The notes beneath the pieces were generated by a model that saw nothing but the letters and a program-made list of their open reading frames with translations, made no database searches and was not told the origin of the DNA. The translations under genes were made by a program, and so were the position numbers. Positions 31,880-40,933 of a stretch of 64,000 nucleotides of DNA are shown piece after piece. This DNA is from an uncultured Verrucomicrobiae bacterium (lineage in GTDB: Bacteria; Verrucomicrobiota; Verrucomicrobiia; Chthoniobacterales; JAFAMB01): assembly GCA_963782115.1 (NCBI GenBank), contig CAWAIK010000003.1, forward strand, positions 503,630 to 567,629, given 5' to 3'. Within the stretch, counting starts at the first letter, position 1. Every line of letters begins with the position of its first letter.

Positions 31880-33967
31880 TCATACTGCACCTCGTAAAGT
31901 ATTTGATGATGAGGTTACTGGATCGACCTGATATTCACGCTTATGAGCGTACTTCGCGGGCAGGTCTTCGGTCGGGATTTCGTACAGATAGTCGCCTCGA
32001 TCGTTAATGGGGTGTGCCCGAAGCAGACCGCGTCGACGCCAGAGATGGACGGTCGATAGCACGACGCCATAGCGGGCGGCCACATCTTCCGGGGTCAGGA
32101 GGCCCTGGGCTAGCAGGCGCGTGCGCCGATCGGTGAGACGATAAATCGCGCGTAGTCGGCCGACACGCGCGGCCGTCCAAGGAGTGGTCACGACGGTTCG
32201 CACACCACGCTCATTGAGCACATCAGCGATTTCCCCGTCCGTGTAGGTCTCAATAAGCCGGTCGATCTCTTTGACGACCTCAGCATCGGTGGTGCGCAGC
32301 TCCACACACGACTTCGGCAGAGGCAGATCGAGCGAGCGAGTCGCCCCGCCGACAAAGCGGATATCGACATGGAGTGCATCACCCTTGGTGAGCGTGACGT
32401 CTTCGATCAATAACCGCAGCATGCGCTTTTTCTCCTTCATCTGGGTGCGCGGATCGCGCCAGAGGCGCGGGAAGTCAGTGGCGAGAGCCATCAGTTCTGC
32501 ACGCTCGGCGTCGGTCACAACACTTGCGTCGGCGGCCTTTGCTTTCTCGTACGCTTCCTGTGCCGCAGCGAGCGAGCGCAGCTTGTCATTCCAGTCCGCC
32601 TCCAGCGCATCGGCTACCAAGCGGTTGTCGGGATCGACCTTTAGGAAACGGCGCTGCGCTAGATCCGCTTCATAGCGCGCACGCTCCACGTGCTGACGTC
32701 GCAACTGGTCAGCTTCCTCGTGGCGGGTCGCGAGTTCTTGCTGCACCGTCAACGCGACTTCGATCGCCAGAGGCGTCATCGCTTCAATGACGATATCGCT
32801 GATCGCTCCATCGAGCGCGCGGCCGTGCACGGTTTGACAAAGACCACTTTCACCCCGTTGCAGCGGGCGTCGCCCGCACCAGTAGGTTGGTACGCTTTGA
32901 TTGCGATGCGAGTGGTAGCGGACCGACATGCGTTCACCGCAAGTTCCACAGATCACAAGCCCCTGCAGCAGTGCCGTACCTTCGCGTGCTGGCCCACGGC
33001 ACCGCTCGGGGCTCCAAGCGACCGCATTGCTCTTCACGCGCTGGAGGTTCGATTGGTACTCCTCCCAGGCAATGTAGCCGGGATGCGTATCGCGCAACAG
33101 AATCCATTCCTCGCTTGGCACCAGACGCGAGCAGACTTTGCCATTAGGCAGATGCCGCTGTTTGGTGCGACCGAAGACGAAGGCGCCGGCATAGCGCGGA
33201 TTGTGGATGATCTGCCGCGCACGACAGTGCAGCAACTCGGCCCAGACCAGCTCGCCTTTGTGGACGCCGCTACGCAATCGGCGTGGAAACAGGAGCCCCT
33301 TCGCATGGAACTCCTTGACCACTGCCAAACAGGACCCGGTCCGCTGGAAGGTTTCGAAGAACAGACGCACCGACGCCTGCACTTGGGCGTCCGGATCGAG
33401 GATGACACGATCCTGCGCGTCGTGCACAAAGCCGACGGGCACCATCTGCTTGAGCTCCCCGCGTCGGGCGCGGCTCAGGATGCCGCCCCGCAGTCGTGCC
33501 TTAAGCACATGCAGTTCCGCTTCACTCATTGTGCCCTTCAGGCCCAATAGCAGGCGGTCATTGAAGTGCGCGGGATCGTACAGGCCATCTTCATCGAGGA
33601 TGAGCGTGTCAGCCAGCGCGCACAGCTCAAGCAGCCGATGCCAATCGGTGGAGTTGCGCGCTAGACGCGATACTTCCAGGCCAAGGACGATGCCAACGCG
33701 ACCCAGACTGACTTCGGTCACCAAACGCTGGAAGCCCTCTCGGTCGGCGGCACTGGCGCCCGACTGCCCGAGATCGCTGTCGATCACGACAATCCGATCA
33801 AGCGACCAGCCCAGCGCCAGGGCGCGCTCCCGCAGCGCATACTGGCGGTGGGTGCTCTCGGTGTTCTCGAAGACCTGGCGAAGCGTTGACTGGCGCACGT
33901 ACAGGTATGCCAGCCGCGACAGATGCGCAGTCGTGACCTTCTGATGAGCTTCGCTGTCCATTACCAT
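31880..33967 (-). CDS. large serine recombinase (resolvase, recombinase, zinc-ribbon and C-terminal HTH domains)
   Basis: AYLYVRQST (catalytic Ser), DLGQSG, EVSRLARN, NPRYAG, LLQGLVICGTCG. Confidence 0.95.
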   Translation of the reverse strand: MVMDSEAHQKVTTAHLSRLAYLYVRQSTLRQVFENTESTHRQYALRERALALGWSLDRIVVIDSDLGQSGASAADREGFQRLVTEVSLGRVGIVLGLEVSRLARNSTDWHRLLELCALADTLILDEDGLYDPAHFNDRLLLGLKGTMSEAELHVLKARLRGGILSRARRGELKQMVPVGFVHDAQDRVILDPDAQVQASVRLFFETFQRTGSCLAVVKEFHAKGLLFPRRLRSGVHKGELVWAELLHCRARQIIHNPRYAGAFVFGRTKQRHLPNGKVCSRLVPSEEWILLRDTHPGYIAWEEYQSNLQRVKSNAVAWSPERCRGPAREGTALLQGLVICGTCGERMSVRYHSHRNQSVPTYWCGRRPLQRGESGLCQTVHGRALDGAISDIVIEAMTPLAIEVALTVQQELATRHEEADQLRRQHVERARYEADLAQRRFLKVDPDNRLVADALEADWNDKLRSLAAAQEAYEKAKAADASVVTDAERAELMALATDFPRLWRDPRTQMKEKKRMLRLLIEDVTLTKGDALHVDIRFVGGATRSLDLPLPKSCVELRTTDAEVVKEIDRLIETYTDGEIADVLNERGVRTVVTTPWTAARVGRLRAIYRLTDRRTRLLAQGLLTPEDVAARYGVVLSTVHLWRRRGLLRAHPINDRGDYLYEIPTEDLPAKYAHKREYQVDPVTSSSNTLRGAV

Positions 33968-34350
33968 GAGCGATATCCTTCCCTCGATGATTGGTGCACG
34001 GCGGATCGAGTCGAGAGAACCAGATTCGCCAAAAGCGTGGTCACCTCATGCCGCACGCTTGCTAAGCAGCACACGGCCGTAGCGCTCGATGGCAGTGAAC
34101 CTTCATGCGGTGTGGGGTCCGGGGCGTCAACCGCACGCGGTGTAAGCGTCGCGCGAAGCACCGTTTCCACAGTCTCAATCCATTCGGGCATCCCTTTGCT
34201 TAAAAACAGGGCAAGCCCAACTCCGCGTCGCTGGTCTGCAGCAGTATCTCCCTGAGCTGCGTTCCCCGCCAGCCTGATAACCTGCGAGCGAAGCAGTTCG
34301 TACTGCACGGTATATTGCGTGACGTCGAGCTTTACGGCTTCTACGATCAT
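33961..34350 (-). CDS. LSR-element accessory protein (129 aa)
   Basis: ATGA overlap with the upstream HTH gene; QYELLR...GLALFLSKGMPEW; overlaps the recombinase start. Confidence 0.65.
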   Translation of the reverse strand: MIVEAVKLDVTQYTVQYELLRSQVIRLAGNAAQGDTAADQRRGVGLALFLSKGMPEWIETVETVLRATLTPRAVDAPDPTPHEGSLPSSATAVCCLASVRHEVTTLLANLVLSTRSAVHQSSREGYRSW

Positions 34351-34832
34351 CGGCGTTTTTTTTCCTCCCGCCACAGATAGGGGCGCAGCCGTCGCAGTAT
34401 ACTGCGCGGATGGGCCTCGATGCCACAGCGCTGCGCCAGAACCGTCGCTAACTCCTCGCTTTTGAGCATCCGTCCAGCCTCTTCTATAGCCTCGAGCAGG
34501 ACGGCCATCGCTTCGTCGCTGAGCTTGTGGGGCCGCTTTGGCCCGCGCTTGCGCGGCACCAACCCTGGCAGGCCTTCGCGCTTGAACAACTCCTGAGTGA
34601 CATAGAAGACCGGGCGGGACAGGCCAAAGGCTTGGGCCGCCTCCACCACTGGACGGCCCTCCTGCTCGACGCTGCGCAGCATCTCGTACTTGACCTGCAC
34701 CAGATCGTTCGGATCGAAGAATGCGCTGTCGCGAAAAAGAGAATCGCTCACAGCCTGGGGGCGCGGGTGGGTGGCACCCTGTGTGCTCAGGGCCTGCCGA
34801 CGACGCTCGCGCTGACGTGAATCCGCTGTCAT
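34347..34832 (-). CDS. LSR-element helix-turn-helix protein
   Basis: FFDPNDLVQVKYEMLR..AAQAFGLSRPVFY..GLPGLVPRKRGPK..HPRSILR. Confidence 0.85.
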   Translation of the reverse strand: MTADSRQRERRRQALSTQGATHPRPQAVSDSLFRDSAFFDPNDLVQVKYEMLRSVEQEGRPVVEAAQAFGLSRPVFYVTQELFKREGLPGLVPRKRGPKRPHKLSDEAMAVLLEAIEEAGRMLKSEELATVLAQRCGIEAHPRSILRRLRPYLWREEKKRR

Positions 34833-34845
34833 CTATGTATTTACA

Positions 34846-34874
34846 ATTATGTGCTACTACATTGGAGAACGCAA
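34846..34874 (-). promoter_or_regulatory. putative sigma70 promoter of the LSR operon
   Basis: TTGCGT-17 bp-CATAAT, 13 nt upstream of the HTH ATG, within an AT-rich spacer. Confidence 0.5.
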
Positions 34875-35003
34875 CCATAAAACGGTACTCATGAGCGCTA
34901 ATCATCATTTTAACTGAGTATACGTGTCGCGGCCATCGCACTCGTCCACGGCGTAGCAATAATATACGCACATATTTACAAAGACATAGTGCATATAATT
35001 TGC

Positions 35004-35321
35004 TTAACATCGCGCCGCCTCCTTTCGGGCCATTTGTTCATCGACCAGCGTGCGCAGCTGGAGCAGCAGATCGGCACGAAAGAAGGCTCGGTCAGCGCCG
35101 ATCGTCACCACCAGATCGGGCTCGTGGACATCTGTCCACTCGAGCGGCAGCGTACGCAGACGTCCGTCGGTACCCAGATACGAAACGCGATCTCCACCCC
35201 AGTTGTTGCGAACAGCAAGGAGTTCGAAGCTCTTGCCCTTCAGAGGATGGAAAGGGTGTGTGACAGTGAAAACTCTTGCGCGGAGACTTCCACGATCTGC
35301 AATGCTCAGTTTTCGCCAAAG
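35004..35321 (-). CDS. start-less DUF5372/Y4bD-like ORF, completed only across the attP junction
   Basis: 105 open codons with VTHPFHPLKG..NWGGDRV..LPLEWTD; no ATG/GTG/TTG between the upstream stop (35364-35366) and the conserved domain. Confidence 0.8.
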   Translation of the reverse strand, partial: LWRKLSIADRGSLRARVFTVTHPFHPLKGKSFELLAVRNNWGGDRVSYLGTDGRLRTLPLEWTDVHEPDLVVTIGADRAFFRADLLLQLRTLVDEQMARKEAARC

Positions 35322-36121
35322 GGCGCGTCGAGAACTCGATCGCTTACATCCAAAAGAACTTCCTCAATGGTCTGCAGATCAGCTGCCTGGAAGCACTCAA
35401 TGCCCAGGCGCGCCGCTGGATGGAGCAGGTTGCTAATGTCCGAGTCCATCGCGAGACGGGCAAACGACCATGCGACGCGTTCGAGCAGGAAAAACCAACT
35501 CTTCAACCCTTGCCCTTAGCCGGCTACGATATTAGCTCCAGCCGCCGTGTGCGTGCCACTAACCGTTGCCGGGTCCTGTTCGAATCCAACCATTACACCG
35601 TACCCTTTGAACACGCCGGAGCCTTGTTGGAACTGCGCGCCACGCCCACTACGATCGCCATTTACCGAGGCGAAAAGCTTCTCGCGCAGCACCCACGCAA
35701 CTACGGACATAACCAGGACATCGAAAATCCCGATCACGTCAGCCGTCTCTTAGAGGAGCGCAAACGAGGCGAGGACGCCGCTTTACTGGCCCGCTTTCTG
35801 GCCTTGAGCCCCAAAGCCGAAGCCTACTACGGCGCTCTGCGTCAGCGGGAACTTCACGCCTTAGGGCACGTCCGCCGGATCGACATGTTGATTGGTATCC
35901 ACGGACGGGACGCTGTCGCTCAAGCTCTCGAGGAAGCCGTTGAGCTGTGCGCCTACGGCTCCGATTACCTCAATAATATCCTCGCTCACCGTCGTACTCT
36001 AGGCCCACTGATCGGCCAACTTCATCTGACTCGAGGAGCTGAACTGCTCCAACTCGAAGTCCAGCAACCTGACTGCTCATGCTACCAGACTAACGAACAG
36101 CAAGATAAACAGACCACATAG
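35322..36121 (+). pseudogene. istA: IS21 transposase IstA, 3' part
   Basis: GRVENSIAYIQKNF, NVRVHRETGKRP, FESNHYTVP. Confidence 0.93.
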
Positions 36122-36146
36122 ATACTAACGTTGTTAATCGGACTCA

Positions 36147-36185
36147 CTCTTAGTCCATAGATACTAACAATCTATGGACTAAGAG
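36147..36185. repeat. perfect 16-bp inverted repeat between istA and istB
   Basis: CTCTTAGTCCATAGAT-7 nt-ATCTATGGACTAAGAG. Confidence 0.9.
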
Positions 36186-36203
36186 AGCACTTGTCTATTG
36201 ATC

Positions 36204-37016
36204 ATGAAAACTAATCTATCCCAATTAGAAAAAACGTCTTCTAACGCCGCGGCCGCTACGCCAAACTCCACTCTCCAGGACAACCTCCGCAGCCTGCGTC
36301 TGACTTACGTACTCGAAAATGCCGTTCAAGCCGCCGAACAAGCCGCTGGCAACGGCAGCGGTCACCTCCAGTACCTTCAGGAACTCATCGCCGGGGAAGT
36401 CGCCCTGCGCCATGACCGCAGCGTCCAGCGCCGCATCCATGACGCCCGCTTCCCGGTCACTAAAACCATGGCCGGATGGGATTGGAACTGGCCCACCAAG
36501 ATCAACCGCATGCAAGTCGAACACCTCCTGCAGTTGGACTTCATCGACACCTGCACCAACGTTATCTTTGCTGGCCCGACAGGAACCGGAAAAAGCCACC
36601 TGGCCATCGCGTTAGGCTATGCAGCCTGCCTGCGCGGCCATAGCGTTCTCTTTGCCGCCGCCATTGACGTGGTCAACCGGCTTAGCGCCGCAGAATCCAG
36701 TCGCCAACTCGCCCGAGAGCTCAAGCATTACCAGAGCCCAAGGCTTTTGCTGATCGACGAATTAGGGTATTTGCCCTTGGACAAGCGAGGCGCCGAGCTC
36801 CTCTTTCAGGTCATCACCAAACGCTACGAGCGCGGCTCGATCATCATCACGACCAACATCGCTTTCAAGGACTGGCCCCGAATCTTCGCCGGGGACGCCA
36901 CCATGACTTCCGCTCTGCTGGATCGCCTCCTGCACCACGCGCAATCAGTCCTCATCGAAGGCGACAGTTACCGTAGCGCCAAACGTAAAACTGTCTCCTC
37001 TCACTCAGAGCGCTAA
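36204..37016 (+). CDS. istB: IS21 helper ATPase IstB
   Basis: GPTGTGKSHLA, LLLIDELGY, IITTN, LDRLLHH, GDSYR. Confidence 0.95.
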   Translation: MKTNLSQLEKTSSNAAAATPNSTLQDNLRSLRLTYVLENAVQAAEQAAGNGSGHLQYLQELIAGEVALRHDRSVQRRIHDARFPVTKTMAGWDWNWPTKINRMQVEHLLQLDFIDTCTNVIFAGPTGTGKSHLAIALGYAACLRGHSVLFAAAIDVVNRLSAAESSRQLARELKHYQSPRLLLIDELGYLPLDKRGAELLFQVITKRYERGSIIITTNIAFKDWPRIFAGDATMTSALLDRLLHHAQSVLIEGDSYRSAKRKTVSSHSER

Positions 37017-37080
37017 AGCCACCAAATGCAGGTCACTTTAAAATCGGTAGAATCAGTCCTTTTCCGCGCCGGTGCTCGCA

Positions 37081-38131
37081 CCAGAGCGACATCGTCACCT
37101 TTGGCTACAATCGGGATGGTAAGCGGGGTCACGAACAGATGGTGATCGCTTTGCTCTGCAGCGCGGAGGGTTGTCCGGTCGGAGTCGAGGTGTTTGACGG
37201 TAAAACTCAGGACGCCTCCACGGTCCCTGAGAAGATCGCGCAATTGCAGCGTCTCTACGGCTTGAAAGAAATTATCTTTGTCGGCGACCGTGGGATGATT
37301 ACCAAAACGGTGGCCGAAAAGATCAAGGGGATCGAGGGCCTGCACACCATCTCGGCATTGACCCATCGCCAGATTGTCCAGCTGCTGGAACGCAAGGTTA
37401 TCACGGCGGAGCTTTTTGATGAAGGACAGATCGTGGAGGTCTTTGATCCCGAAGAGCCCAAGCGGCGCTACTGCCTGTGTCGCAACCCGCAGACCGCTGG
37501 GCGCGAAGGCAGGACGCGTGCCCGGCTTCTGGAGCGCACACGCGCAGAGCTTGATAAAATCGCCGGCTCAAGACGCCGGGCTAGCGCAAAGACACTGGGA
37601 GCACGCGTCGGCCGGGTGTTGGAGCGTACCAAGATGGGCAAATTCGTACGCTGGGATGTGATCGATGGCCGGCTCTCATGGAGCTTTGACCAGGACAAGA
37701 TCGCTGCCGAAGAACTCTTCGACGGCTGTTACATTGTTAGTGGTCAGGTGCCCAAAGAGAAGATGGCTGCCACAGAAGTCGTTGCCTCCTATAAAAAGCT
37801 GGGCTTGGTCGAGGAGGCGTTCCGCAATCTCAAGACGGTGCAACTCGAAGTACGGCCCGTCTACCACAAGACCGATGATCGAATCAAATGCCACGTGTTT
37901 CTGTGCACGCTGGCCTATTACCTGCAGTGGCACTTCAAACAGCGTCTTGAACCTTTATTTGCCGCCGATGGCACTCACAAAGATCGACAGTGGACACTGC
38001 GCAACGTGATCGAGCGCCTGGCGGCGATCCGTCGCGACAAGGTCGCGATGGGTGCCGTGGAGTTCGAGAAAGTCACTACCCCCGAACCCGACCAGCAAAC
38101 GATCCTCCACTATCTCAAAGTGCGTTTGTAG
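37081..38131 (+). pseudogene. IS1634-family transposase, C-terminal part (truncated by the IS21 right end)
   Basis: FGYNRDGKRG, FVGDRGMI, FDGCYIV, VEEAFRNLK, VRPVYH..DRIKCHVFLCTLAY. Confidence 0.9.
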
Positions 38132-38434
38132 CCATATTCCCGAAAGCTGAAATCTGTTTAAACCCCTCTTAAACAGTTAGTTGCATGGCAATCAAAAAAG
38201 AAAATGCGTTTAGCCGGGTAACAGGGGCGGTTTACCTACCTTGGCTCGCGTAAGTGATTCTGAAATCATCCGAGGAATTTGAGCCAATCGTGAATGCTCG
38301 GCCGGGTTCCCTTGGTGGTGTCCTGCGCCCTTTGCCGACTCCTCTGACAACCAGCAACTGACTACTCTACCCCCCACCCCTTCGCCTTCTTTAATTTGGA
38401 TTTTTTGCAGGGCGCAATCATAAGGGTCCTCACA

Positions 38435-38773
38435 ATGAATACCCCAAATGGCCATCTGATTCGTAAGGCTTTCCTGACTAAGTACGGGTATTCACCGGAT
38501 CTCACCTATGAGGCGATCCTCCGCGAATTTCAACAGCGTTACGACCAGGCCCAGGTGCTGCGCCAGGAAAACGCTGACTCGCATCGGATCATGCTCATTA
38601 TCGAAGGGATGTCTCAAGACTCGGCTCAAGAAGAAGCTGCGCGAGAACGCCACGCTCGCAAACTCAAAATCGAGCGCCTCACCCAGGAAAGCGGTCTCGG
38701 AATACTAGAGCTGGACCAACTGGTCGAAGGATTTGCCGAACGTCTGGAAGCTAATTGGATACAGCAAACATGA
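38435..38773 (+). CDS. hypothetical protein
   Basis: 112-codon helical ORF upstream of pilT. Confidence 0.55.
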   Translation: MNTPNGHLIRKAFLTKYGYSPDLTYEAILREFQQRYDQAQVLRQENADSHRIMLIIEGMSQDSAQEEAARERHARKLKIERLTQESGLGILELDQLVEGFAERLEANWIQQT

Positions 38774-38856
38774 TAAATACAAAAAACATAGCATTTATTG
38801 AATCCCATGCCATATTAGGTCGATCATCAGTCATCTCAAAGCCATTCTAGCCTCCT

Positions 38857-40191
38857 ATGCCCGGCATTTCTAAGCCCCAGTCCTTGAAATCTGTTTCCCT
38901 AAAATTTGGTCAAGAAAACTTCGCTCTGGGAGAGATTGCGCCGGTTAAGTCCACTGAAGGAGAATTTGTCCTGCCTCCAGTGGTTCACACGCAGAACAAG
39001 CCCCGTCTCGAAAATGGTGAGCCTGCAGCAAAGACAACTCCTCAATTGCTAGCCGAGGTTTTAGCATTTGCCAAGGGGGAAGGCATTTCTGACCTCCAGT
39101 TCCAATCTGGAAGGCCCGTCTACGCCAATGGCGGCGGTTCGACTTACCCGTGTAAGAAGTGGGGAAAACTCTCTGGAGAAGCTCTCCCGGAAATCCTCGA
39201 GCTCTTTTACTCGCACCGTACCTTGGACGGCTCTGAGTCTGCAGATAACCTGGCTGGTGACCTTTGGCAGCGCTTGATCGCCGAACGAAAGATCGATTTC
39301 GCCTCTGAAGGCAAAGAAGCGGATGGCGCTCTGGGCGTTGGACGGTTTCGCGTCCAAGCCCATTTTTCCCATCAAGGTGTTGGGATGACGGTCCGGCTGG
39401 TCTCGAACGGAATCACTCCCTTCGACAAAATTGGTCTTCCAACCAACGTAATTGAGTCCGTCTGTCAAAAGGTCACCAAGAAACAAGGGCTTGGTCTGGT
39501 GGTCGGTCCGACCGGGTCGGGCAAGACTACCACGCTGGTGGCGCTAATTGATTGGGTCCGTTGCCGCTATCACAAGCACATCGTTACCGTCGAGGATCCA
39601 ATCGAATTTGTTTACGCGGACACCATTGAAGTTTCCGGGCAACTGGAACCCGCGCCGGCACTGGTAACCCAGCAGGAGGTTGGACATCATGTGCGCAGCT
39701 TCGAGCAGGGCCTCAATGACGCGCTCAGGAAGAAACCCGACATCATTCTAGTGGGTGAGATACGCACCGCCGAAACCTTGCGCATCGCGCTGGAAGCCGT
39801 GGAGACGGGCCATTTTATTCTTTCGACCATGCATACACGCGGCGCCGGGAAGACGCTGGGGCGGATGCGGCAAATGTTCAACCTCGAACAGGCGCGCGGG
39901 ATTCTTCAACAGTATTCCGACGTTGCCTCCTTCATTTTATCGCAAGGCCTGATGCCGGACGTTACCGGGAAGTACGTACTTTGCTGTGAATATTTTGCGA
40001 TTCAGGAAATTGAAGACCGCAACGCGATTCGCAAATACGCCGAGGGCGGATTCCAGGAAGTCGAGGAACGCCTGAACAAGCCCGGCAACCGCAAATGGAA
40101 CGTGGAATTGAGAGGATTGCTCAACGCAAAACGAATTACACCGGAAGTCTATGAACAGTTCTACCAAGTCACCGGCCTTGAGAACAAATAG
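38857..40191 (+). CDS. pilT: PilT/PilU-family retraction ATPase
   Basis: GPTGSGKTTT, TVEDPIEF, ALRKKPDIILVGEIR, GHFILSTMHT. Confidence 0.9.
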   Translation: MPGISKPQSLKSVSLKFGQENFALGEIAPVKSTEGEFVLPPVVHTQNKPRLENGEPAAKTTPQLLAEVLAFAKGEGISDLQFQSGRPVYANGGGSTYPCKKWGKLSGEALPEILELFYSHRTLDGSESADNLAGDLWQRLIAERKIDFASEGKEADGALGVGRFRVQAHFSHQGVGMTVRLVSNGITPFDKIGLPTNVIESVCQKVTKKQGLGLVVGPTGSGKTTTLVALIDWVRCRYHKHIVTVEDPIEFVYADTIEVSGQLEPAPALVTQQEVGHHVRSFEQGLNDALRKKPDIILVGEIRTAETLRIALEAVETGHFILSTMHTRGAGKTLGRMRQMFNLEQARGILQQYSDVASFILSQGLMPDVTGKYVLCCEYFAIQEIEDRNAIRKYAEGGFQEVEERLNKPGNRKWNVELRGLLNAKRITPEVYEQFYQVTGLENK

Positions 40192-40282
40192 CTCACTTGA
40201 ACGGCCTATAGGATAAAATAGCCGATTCAATGACAACAACTCACTAACAACCAACAAGACAAACAAAAATAAAAAAACTAAA

Positions 40283-40684
40283 ATGAGCGATCTCAAAACT
40301 AATAATAAGCAGGCCCGCCAACGCGGCACCACGCTTATCGAGCTATCAGTCGTTATTGCAGTTCTCCTGCTTCTGGTGGGCGTGCTGTTTATCGGCATCA
40401 CTGCCTGGAAAAGCGGCGCCAACACAGCGGCCTGCGTCGTTAATCTCTCGAGTATTCAAAAGGCGGCCCGCGGATACGCAAACATGAACGGGCTATCTAC
40501 AGGCAGCGCAGAAACGTCGGCTACGTTGACGACTGCTGGCTTCTGGGCGACGGCGCCGGTGTGTCCAGCGGGAGGCACCTACACATATGGTACTACAACC
40601 CCAGCGCAAGGAACTGCGTACACAACTTGCAGCCTTTCCGCTAGCGGTCACGCACCGTCGGCGGCAAACTTAGCCAATTGGTAA
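40283..40684 (+). CDS. type IV major pilin-like protein, copy 1
   Basis: RQRG|TTLIELSVVIAVL class III signal; C-terminal Cys pair. Confidence 0.9.
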   Translation: MSDLKTNNKQARQRGTTLIELSVVIAVLLLLVGVLFIGITAWKSGANTAACVVNLSSIQKAARGYANMNGLSTGSAETSATLTTAGFWATAPVCPAGGTYTYGTTTPAQGTAYTTCSLSASGHAPSAANLANW

Positions 40685-40933
40685 GCCTGGAAATATCAGG
40701 AGCCAAAACTACTCGGAAGGTTTCCATGCAGGAGAGCGCTTGGGAAGCGCCCCAGGATCAGGAGTATTTTCCAAATACGCCTCTGGCGCCCTGCTGCACA
40801 GGCTGGGCGCCCGGCTCCTTTTACGATGTGAAGCGCTAACCTGGAGAGCAAACATTTCAAAACACGAACCATACGAACAGCCTAAAGCGAGAACCAACGG
40901 GATCTTGGTTAACTATTCACATACCATCAATCA

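Larger units (their letters stand above)
31872..35321 (-). mobile_element. large-serine-recombinase integrative element (3450 bp) inserted in istA
   Basis: Core AAAG at both junctions (31868-31871 and 35318-35321); removal restores a 1491-nt istA ORF; four co-oriented ORFs. Confidence 0.93.
29970..37080 (+). mobile_element. IS21-family element with two passenger genes, copy 1 (3661 bp plus the 3450-bp nested LSR element)
   Basis: TG...CA ends; TIRs TGCGGGGACCG..GGTCTGATTCTAC / TGCGAGCACCG..GGACTGATTCTAC; identity to copy 2 starts exactly at 29970/62111; contains istA and istB. Confidence 0.92.

Noticed and set aside
31181..31897. 238-aa and 281-aa (35276-36121) ORFs as two separate genes
   Set aside because: They are the halves of one istA split by the LSR element.
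33961..35010. 349-aa ORF in the LSR element
   Set aside because: Its upstream two-thirds overlaps the promoter spacer and the HTH gene in another frame; the plausible gene is 34350-33961 (or a frameshift fusion).
35092..35319. 75-aa minus-strand ORF at the element end
   Set aside because: Wrong frame; the motif-bearing frame is the start-less 35321-35004 ORF.
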